From positions 796,201 to 860,200 of the forward strand of contig NC_092670.1 in the NCBI RefSeq assembly GCF_964355755.1: a stretch of 64,000 nucleotides of DNA, read 5' to 3'. The notes below the pieces were generated by a model. That model worked only from the letters and a program-made list of their open reading frames with translations. It was not told the DNA's origin and ran no database searches. This document shows positions 54,401 through 64,000 of this stretch, in pieces (position 1 is the stretch's first letter; each line of letters starts with the position of its first letter). This stretch comes from Antedon mediterranea. Lineage: Eukaryota > Animalia > Echinodermata. A program made the translations under genes and the position numbers.

Positions 54401-57400
54401 CCTGTTCCTACCTTCTAGTTTGAAATAACGAAACAACAACGAAGGTAGCAAATTACGCAACCTACAAATAAACTGAATTCTATGGCCATCTCAGCCAATA
54501 ATTAATTGCCTCTCAAATTTTAGCTTTGTTAATCTAAATGTTTTGCTACAAGTCCCAATTACGTGTAATTTATTATGTGTAAAACCAATCATCTAATTAA
54601 TATACTAGTTCACTATTGGCTCAATTCCAAACGATGTATTAAAAATCAGTTTATTAAAAGAAAACCACATTAACAGTAGAGACCGCGATTACGCGCGCGT
54701 AAATAATGAAACATTATTATAGGATCCGTTTGCAAATAATAGACGGTACTGTACAATATTATGTAGAAAAACAAAGTTCTTACATATCGATATCTACGTC
54801 ATTAGCACTATATTTTCTCAAGCTTAAATTGTTAAATTATTACATTACGGAAACGAGGTGCAATGGCTTTGGACTTTTGGACAGGTCTGATACTAATTCT
54901 AGGCTCTATACGGTACATTTACACCCTAATGTTGTTGTCATTATTATACATTTATGATGTATAGAATGTGGTATCTAGAACTCAACTACAAATGTCAATG
55001 AAGAATATCGACGATCGATTCCATCAACGTTTACCGCACACACTTAACAATGGCCTATTGTTTAACAGTCATGTTAACATCACCACAGTCACAATATTTA
55101 TTTGCATATTAATATTTCCGTCAAACTAGTAATACATCACTTTTGGTTTATCAACCATACAGTTGTTCCAAATTATGTTTTATTTATTTACATTTTACAC
55201 AAGACTAAAGTTGTGAAGAAAAATTAATAACCAGCAATTAATTTGCTACTGTCGAAACATAGACGACGATCACGCTGACGCGTCCGAAGTCATGACGTAC
55301 CGTAATGACAATAATTTACTTGTATTAATAATGATGATTCGTAGGCTTACGGCTATTAGTATTTGTTAATAATATCTTTTGAAAAAATTTAATTCGTTTT
55401 TATTTGGTCTAATGAAAACACCCATTCACAATAGTTTACAGAGCCTCTCTCGATTAATAAGGTCTAAACAACTCAAGCGATAATCTATCTAAATGAGGCT
55501 TAGCTGGATTAAGTTCTTCCTTCTGGTAAATCAAAAGGGAACTTCGATTAATCGATGATCTTTTCCCCATTTAGACCTAGTTTAAAAAAAATATTTTTAA
55601 TGGAAATTTTCGACAAAATTCCAATTTATTTGCCATGACAAAAATCAAATAGCGAGCAATCAATCTTCCCGTCGCTTACAAAATATTCACTAAAGCCGGT
55701 GTCAGGATCAGAATCATGTGACATCATTATCCCAGTACACTCTCTAATGAACATTAGAAATACATTAATAAGCTTTTCAACTTATACACGTCTTACGCAT
55801 GCGCTTACGCTGCTGGTAATAGACTTTTGCGATATTTCATTCTGCCTCAATTACTGCCGTTCTTCCTCAACAATCAATAAAATAAATTACTTTAAATGCT
55901 ACGTTAATGCATACTTGCAATCATATCTAAGTGAGATAGTCAGTCTTCTCTATCAATTAAGTATCTAAAGGCGACATGATATAGCAGTGATGACCACACG
56001 ATCATTTTGAACAGTGACGTCATCATCGTATTATATTAAATATAGTGATCACGAGAAATAATTTCCTATTATAAAATATTATACAATATGACTTGGCTAA
56101 TTTAATCATTTCTGTAACTAAATGATTAATTTAATCCTAGAAGTCTTATAACCAACGCAGTATCCGTACACGGTACAACGGTGTATTTATCATTCTAAAA
56201 ACAGTGATAATGAACACCATCACATAACATAACATAAAACAATAAGGAAATGATGAGAATAATAAGTTACAGTTTTTTGTATTGCCCTATATCCATACAG
56301 ATTTAAACTTATGTAATACGGTATTAATTAAAGGATGAGTTCCAACTTTGAAAATCAACTTTTTAGGAATGTTTTAATAAATTTACTTATGGGCCTACAA
56401 TAAAAGATCTCCTGACGGTTTTTAGCTTTTGAAATTACATAATTATTGTTGGGAATTTCAGATAATTCTTGCTCTTTTGTGCTTTAACAAAGTTAAAAGT
56501 GCAGCAACCAGGAAGTAGCTACTTCAACTTGTAATTCAGTCATTTTTTCCAGTCATTTTATTAAGGCGTGTAAATTATTTTGTGACCATTTACTGATATT
56601 TGTTCCTAAACTCGAATTGAGTTGCTGAAGCTGAAGTTGGTTTAAAGTATACTTAAGAAATTTAAATTTAATACTGTTTCATTTATAAATGTATTTATTG
56701 AAAATTCAGCAAAAGATAAAACCATGGACTAATGGCAAAACATTGGAAACCTCTTTTTATTGGAACTTACAAGAATTGAGGATTTTATTTCAAAACAGTA
56801 AAAGAAACGGGTATAATCCATCTTAACATTTGTAATACTCACAGCAGACAAGCGGCATCATCTACAACTCTTAAGTATATTCATAAGTCATACAAGCATG
56901 TGACGACTGCGTTTAAAGGAAGGCTCCAGAATGGTGACATTCATTTAGCATATGGTATTTGCCACAACTGTAGGCCTATACGTGTTTCAGTTTTTATTGG
57001 AATCGGATAAGGTGTCACCGGTTATGGTCAAAATCTACACGCGTAATGTGGCGATGATGACCTAAGAGAAATTCTCTTATTATGGTACCATGCGCAATGT
57101 GTTATGACGTCACATGTTCTATTTATTCACGTAACGTTTCTTTAATTTTCTACTTCATTAATAATGGATAATTAATGCTTTAAACTTAGACCTACATTAC
57201 TTGAGTATAATAATTACCTTAACATGCTTAGATATTAGATATGATTGTTAAGTACGGACTTATTTTAAAGGCCTGCGGTACTCTTTTTTAGTTTTTCAGA
57301 AAACAAAAGTTATGTAAACGACCTAGGCTAATTAATAAAGATTCAGAATTCTATACAGGTTTTAAATAATACGCACAGAGAAACCGGATTTTTAAAACTT

Positions 57401-60400
57401 GGTAAAAAAAAACAATCGAAAAGCGTCGAGGGGTTGATTAAAATAATAAATTTGTTATAAGAACAAACACATTTAGTGGATTCGTTTAATCCAGATGTCC
57501 ATAATGACTATTGTCAAACTGATGTGAACTACAGGATGTATGATCCAAGGTTCAAATCATATCGGCGGCGGATATGTTCCGATCTTTGAATTCATCTTTG
57601 TAATGATGAATTGTTGTTGTTGCTTCATGCACTCTTGGACACAACAACGTAGGCGCAATTCTGACCAATCACAATTCTGATGACCCATCGCGTCGTGATT
57701 GGTCAAATTACTTGCGTTGCTTTTACGCACTTGCGTAGCGTTCCAAAGTGGGAACCCTATAGTTAGGTATTTGTTACCATCTTTAATTAGGGTGGCCTAT
57801 CCAGTTCCAGTGAAGGAATTGATAATTGAGGGCCCCCGAAAAAAACATATAAATACAAACACATAAAATATACAGAACAACGGTTAAGTATATAAAATCG
57901 TTCATCGAATAGCATATGATTTACAGATTCATTTTGCAACAGAAGAAATTGCTGTGCACGGCCTAATTCTTACGTTTTAACATTCCATTCATGCTAACGA
58001 ATATTCATCCTGTTTTACTAAACCATTAATTCATCCTCCATGTTACACCGACAGAAATGAGAATTAGCTATACTAAGTTATCGATATTATTATGAATGGC
58101 GTTTCTTTTAACAACAATCCACGACATCCGATAAGGGTAATCTTCATATACACACACTAATTAGACTAATCTTAGCAATTACAACATAGAACAAGATAGA
58201 CTACCGGTATACCGATAAAGTACACAGTCGGTCCGGCCTTAACACACAGTCCGCGATACTAATGTCGTTACCACCCGGAAATGATTCTCTTTGTTTTGAA
58301 AACTCATTTCCCGATTCATTAGATTCTTTATTCGATAGAAACATACAATTGTATATTTATGTGGTTAACTATTATTTACTTAAATAGGCTACTGTTCCCA
58401 ATTGGACGCAACGACGCGTTGCATTGCGCAGTGTCTACTCGCGACGTAGGCACTGCGCAAGTGAGTTGACCAATCACAAGCAAGACAGTGTGGATGAACT
58501 ATCCCGTCATGATTGGTAAAATTGTTAGGGCGTTGCTTCAACGGGAACCAAGCTTCAAATAAGATGATAACGTACATTTACGTGCGTTTTTATTTTTTAA
58601 ACAAAGGGAAATACTGGACATTGTTTTATGCCTATACTTACAAGTCTATATATTCAAAATTTTATCAAGTTTTTTTTAAAAGCCCGAAAACTTCTTCATG
58701 AACAATCATTAAAGTGTTACTTTCATCATCGCGCACATTACAAATCACGAAACTAAAGTGCTTTAGACTTTAACGGAGTTATTGAGCATATTAACCGGAT
58801 AATAATAATAATATATTACATGTGCAATTTCTGCTTTGTTCTATTAACCGTAAAGCTTTTAATACACACGGATGGTTCTTGGAATCTACTTTCAAAGTAC
58901 TACTAGTGGCCTACTACTACTAATAATAATAATAAATAATATATTCATACAGGATAAAACAATCGGATAACAGTGTATCTGTTTTACATTGTTACATTTT
59001 ACATTACATTGTTTTACATTGTCTTAATCAAAATATACAAAAGAGTATTTTTTGCTGACATTTTTCGTCAGCAAGGCGATGGTTGTAAACCGGTCATTGC
59101 CTGGTTTGGGCTTGGCTGCTAAGTCGGAAGCGACAGACGGATCAGTTTCACAATAGCAAACCACACCCAAAATAATAATTTGGGGCGATCATAATAATGA
59201 AAAAATACGGGCACCATGAGAGAAACCATAAACTATACAAAATATTGGGGGCCATTTATTCCTTTAACATTTTAGTTTACAGTATAAATATTATAATTTA
59301 TCGAATAATTATATTTTCTTTCTAATTTTTGGCAAATTTTATGTATTTCTATACAGAATTTGAACAACTTATATACGTTTCACTATTGATTTCGTATTTC
59401 GTTAGATACTCACCAATTCGCACTTCCCTTTATCCTGGTGAGAACACAGAGTATAACGTGTCCTTATTGTTAACCTATAATCGTATTATGGCATTTGACT
59501 GCCGTTAGGGAGTAAATGTCACTCTTTACTTGGAAATCTAAATTACCAAACCAGAATAGTTACAAGATCCTGTCATCTTGATCATGTTTGACAATTATAT
59601 TCAAAACTTAGTATAAACATGTAACAAATACGTTTTCTATTAAATGTTGTTACATAATTCAGGTGGGTGTCCCAGGTGCGTACATAACCTGTGCGTAAAG
59701 CATTCCATGTCCCTTGGATTTTAACGAACTTGTCGATTGAAGGAACAAAATAATGATCAAAAGAACGCAAAATTAATTATTTGAATAATGATGTATGAAA
59801 CGAAACTGTTAGGCTTAAAGTATGAAACACATCGTAATGCTCGGCCGCGATAATGTTTAAAAAATGCGTAGGTCAATTGAAAAATGGTAGCCTGCAATCA
59901 CCTTCTGTCAGTGCCCCTCCTCATCGATTCAGATTTTACGTTTAGCATTCCGTTCTTTCAACTAAAAGGGGCAATAGTGGTTGGGATGACTATAAACTTT
60001 ATTAAACGTTAGAATATGTAAAACAGATTCTTTTTTACCTGATTGTGAAATCCGGGAAAACCACGATTTTAAAACTCATAACTTCATTTCATTATTGCAA
60101 TTTGTTGTTCAATATAAAGTGTATAAGAAATGAAATGTAAACATGCCTATGAAAATCTCCAATAAATTTTCAAACCACATAGGCCTAATGTTGTTTGTTG
60201 TGGGGGGGGGGGGGGGGGGGCGATATTTATTATAACTATTATTAACAAACAAAGTCTATATGCACACGAATATAATAGTGAGATGGTTTGTATACCGACC
60301 TTAAAGACCAACCTCTCCATTTCACAAGATATTCCACCTTTCCCTAGAAAAACAAGATTAACGTGCACGTTATCTGATAGACCTAGATAAGTTGAAGGAG

Positions 60401-60652
60401 CATGCGAATTAACGTGCACGTTATCTGATAGACCTAGATAAGTTGAAGGAGCGAATTAACTAAATACAGTCAATTTAGACATGCCCCGGCGTATTGTATT
60501 TGTATACGTATCCGTGACAGACTGAGTGAAGCTTAACGTGTAATGATTAAATGTGATGAGATATTGAAAATTGCCACAAAATAACTTACCTTTCGAATAC
60601 GTCGTTTTAATAGTCTCTCGGCGGCGAAAACATTCTCTCCCATGTCTTCCAT
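51461..60652 (-). CDS. CBX: Polycomb-class chromobox protein D, ~340 aa, with a PLDLS motif and no clear C-box; exons 60590-60652, 60300-60343, 53674-53739, 52669-52714, 51461-52264
   Basis: MEDMGENVFAAERLLKRRIRK|GKVEYLVKWRGWSLR|HNTWEPEGNILDARLFERYEQR|LKVTKEAESLIMKPK|GKRKGLVFPY...LQDEPLDLSIKKPR...RKHSET*. All introns are GT-AG with phases 0,2,2,0; the last exon is in frame with the 204-aa ORF 51461-52075. Confidence 0.88.
57645..57758. mobile_element. MITE family 2 copy in gene D intron 2
   Basis: TGACCAATCAC...GTGATTGGTCAAATTACTTGCGTTGC...GTGGGAACC. Confidence 0.6.
58387..58556. mobile_element. MITE family 2 copy in gene D intron 2
   Basis: GTTCCC..GGACGCAACG...TTGACCAATCACAAG...TGATTGGTAAA...GGGAACCAAGCTT. 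Confidence 0.6.
60357..60460. repeat. ~51-bp tandem duplication in gene D intron 1
   Basis: ATTAACGTGCACGTTATCTGATAGACCTAGATAAGTTGAAGGAGC x2. Confidence 0.92.
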
Positions 60653-61880
60653 AATCAACCAACAATATAGTAGGCTGACTGAGGCAGTAGTAGCAGACGA
60701 TAGCTGTTTACGGCTTCACGCTAGGCAGACGATGGCAGGAAATCGATCAATCGCATTGAAATGAAACTAGAAACAAAAATTCCGATGTTGGCGCTACACT
60801 ATTTTATGGTTTTCACAATAGATTTTCTGGTCGATTGGACGCTGTATGATTGGGCGCGGCAGAAGACAAGCCCACACGTAACACGAAAATTGTACACAAC
60901 GTTCAAACAGATAGATCACAGTTCTGTTCAATATTATCTATCGTCGAAATAAAAATTAAGAGCATGTTTACATTTTGTATAGGGCCTACACATAGTCGGC
61001 CTATTCTATTATGAATACATTGGTGAACCAGTAGCTATTGTTAATAAATTCATAATGCCGGGTTTCCCCAAATTTATTTTAATTTATGAAGATAACCTAA
61101 TACACCGGACCGGATCAATATGCTCATGATTATATCGAAATGTATGTTTTTTTCCTATTTTGGTGATAATCAATGTTTCATAAAATCATATCCGTAAAAT
61201 AAGAATTTATGTTTGGATAAATTTCAGTTCCGGAAATTGGTAGGCCTACTGAATATTATAAATAGATCAATAAAATCGCCCCATGCCCATTGACTACGGA
61301 ACACTGCAGATCTAACACTTACTTACAAGGCTTGGTCATAACATTGCCTGCTGGTACTGCATTGAAAATTCAAGCGCGCTCCAAGTAGATATTGCATGCC
61401 TTTATTTTCAAATTTCTGTCAATTGCGTAATACGTTGTAAACGTCCGTATTGCTCTAGTGGTATCACAATTTGATCATCGAAGCAACAAGTAATGAAACA
61501 GGATTGTTTTAGGTAGGGCTATATTTGAAATTTTTAAATGACGTATTTCCTTTATTGTCAAACATTAATACATTTTGGTCAAAAAACCGAAGGGAAAAAG
61601 TTCAATGCAACTTAATGAATATTTTTTCAATACTTCCGTATATTTTAAAACCATTAATAATTATTTGTAATAATTATAATATATTTTTGGCAATAAATTT
61701 AGAACATTTAGATAATAATTCCCCTTTTAGAGCATCTATATATAAATACGAAAACCACTGTGTAGGCCGATATCTATAATAGAAAATTAACCTACATATG
61801 AAATGCAGGGACTTCCCCAATATTCTTTTGATTGTATAAACAGCAAACCATAACCAACAAGAAAGTCATAATGGTTTTCA

Positions 61881-62063
61881 ATTAACGCGGTTGTTCAGGC
61901 CGCCGATTGGTCATGTTTGGTACGCAAGAAGAATGGGCCTATTAACGCGGTTGTTCAGGCCACCGATTGGTCATGTTTGGTACGCAAGAAGAATGGGCCT
62001 ATTAACGCGGTTGTTCAGGCCGCCGATTGGTCATGTTTGGTACGCAAGAAGAATGGGCCTATT
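61881..62063. repeat. 60-bp tandem triplication upstream of gene D
   Basis: ATTAACGCGGTTGTTCAGGCC(G/A)CCGATTGGTCATGTTTGGTACGCAAGAAGAATGGGCCT x3. Confidence 0.95.
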
Positions 62064-64000
62064 TTAAACTGGTTTGGAACTTGGTTTCACTAAAGCATGT
62101 AGGCCTACGTAGTACATTTGACTTAAGAGGCCCTCTTATCTACAGAAAATTCATCTTGCTCTGATTAGGCTGGCCCAACTTAAGATTTGTTATCTTCTTG
62201 ATCATCTGTCTGCTTCCTTTAATTGATTCCTCCCTACCTAATTCACAGTTAAAATTAGTCTAATTTGTTACTAACTTGTTTTCTATATGATATGATGTTA
62301 AAAGAAAATAATTATTTTAAATAAAATACAATAAAACATCAAATTAATACTATTTACTGCATTAAACAATTGGTCTTTTCCAGAAAGAGTCACTATAGGG
62401 GTCGACGGGATGGGTCAACTATGTCGTCACACAGATGGCGAAGGCCTTCCACAATTAATATAGTCAGAGGCCATCATAAATCTGTATTTTAAATTTTTTA
62501 AACTTATTCTAAACGTATTTTAGACAAAAAGTGCGAAAATAACTTGTACAATTTGTATTGAGACTTTCATTGGATATCATACACTGTGCATAAAGTATGC
62601 AGCCTAAACGATTACACCACCCCCTCTATCTTTCATATCAACTATTCAGTAACGGAGGCCTAACCATAAATTAAACCAAATAGACTGTGTTTCGACTTAA
62701 TATAGTAAAGAGATAAATATTTTCAAACATATGGCGTTTCATACGTATAAAACTTGAGCTCCCAGACAAAAAAGTCTAAAAAATACCTAACGCCCTCTAA
62801 ATTGAAAAGCGTATCTCACTCTTGGTAGTTCATTGTGCGCATAATATATTGGAACGTACGTGTCCTCGCTCCCCCTCACCTCCTCGACGAGGTTTGAAGA
62901 ATTCTAGGCCCAGGCGACGACGTGACCGACATCGATTGACCTGAAGTCCCCGTCCGTCGTCGCAAAGCGAAAGTTCCCTAATCACTCCCACAGTTGTTAA
63001 GTTCGTGTTTCAAATGACAGAAATGGCGAACAAACATCTAAAATTCAAATTGATTGGGTAGCCTATAGAACAAACCGCCTGGGCGCTAATTGTTTAGTGT
63101 ACATAGTAGGCCTACTGTCTCAATTTGGACTACTTGAGCTTGTCAGGTTAAAAGTAACAACTGCAGAATAAATAAATAACTGTGAAGTGCCAATACACAT
63201 TAATTCACGATCTGTAAGCGATAGTAATCATCTACAATAATTGAAACTAATTTAAACCTCACAAATCATATTTATAAACCAATTTTCAAAGAGACAGTTA
63301 TAAATGATATCTCTAAATTTCATGTGCAAATAATCAATTTAAACAAATTCGTCACGGGTGTAACAAGATTGACATATCTTGCAACCCTGTTGATAAAAAC
63401 AGATACTGTGCAGTACTTAACTCCAGTGACTTACATGTTTAAATATGATTCTTGACACTAAAGTACACTTTGCCCCTCTTGACAACATTGTATCAATGTT
63501 ATTCCTATTGTCGGTGTTTTTATCCGTTTGCTTTAAAATCGATTTTCGATAGCGGTTTTAGGCGGGTAATAACAGCGGTCGCAATAGGTTATCATAACCT
63601 CCTGTTTCTTGTTGTTCTATGGCTGGTACACTTGACTGTCAAGGGGTGTACAACCAGCACGCTATGGCCCAATGTTTGTTTTAATTAACTGGTACATAGG
63701 CTTCATGTAGATAGCACTTACAAATATTAGCGACTAGTTACTTGTACGGGTACATGCGTAATCCATGGATAGGGTCACTGTGTTATCGAACTATTAGAAA
63801 CACTATCTAATGTGGTCATATACTATACCACATTAAACCGTTATAAATTTAACTACGATAATCGGAAAGCAAACAGAATAACGAACCTTATCAGTAGTCT
63901 CCGAATGTAAGACGAAAAAACATGACCTGACCGGACTGGACATACACGTGCGCTGCACAAACGCACCGTCTACTTAACCAGTCAAATTTGGTTAACACTT

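Noticed and set aside
62840-63050. GC-richer patch as the first exon of a neighbouring gene
   Set aside because: It shares GAAAGTTCCCTA with ~37590, suggesting a repeat end, and has no supportable reading frame.

Overview
AT-rich animal genomic DNA with spliceosomal introns; probably a marine invertebrate deuterostome, inferred from vertebrate-type MELxxxGExV N-termini and the repeat content. The ORF track largely misses the main content: a cluster of four Polycomb-class chromobox (Pc/CBX, canonical PRC1) paralogues arranged + + - -. Each was rebuilt by hand as five coding exons with identical intron phases (0,2,2,0) and an invariant 44-nt exon 2. The four proteins differ in module content. 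A (1020-2512) has an intact aromatic cage, AT-hooks and a C-box. B (23633-36778) has a W35C substitution in the cage but keeps the C-box. C (41351-45663) has a polybasic exon 4, two distal AT-hooks and a short CBX4-like C-box. D (51461-60652) has an intact chromodomain, no recognisable AT-hook or C-box, and a PLDLSIK CtBP-type motif. A C-box-like ORF tail at 2-154 may belong to a fifth paralogue. The rest is intronic or intergenic DNA containing a 2.4-kb 27/30-bp minisatellite (the source of the two ~820-aa pseudo-ORFs), several non-autonomous DNA transposon families, LINE remnants and short tandem or inverted repeats. Gene models come from reading the sequence only; orthology and expression are untested.
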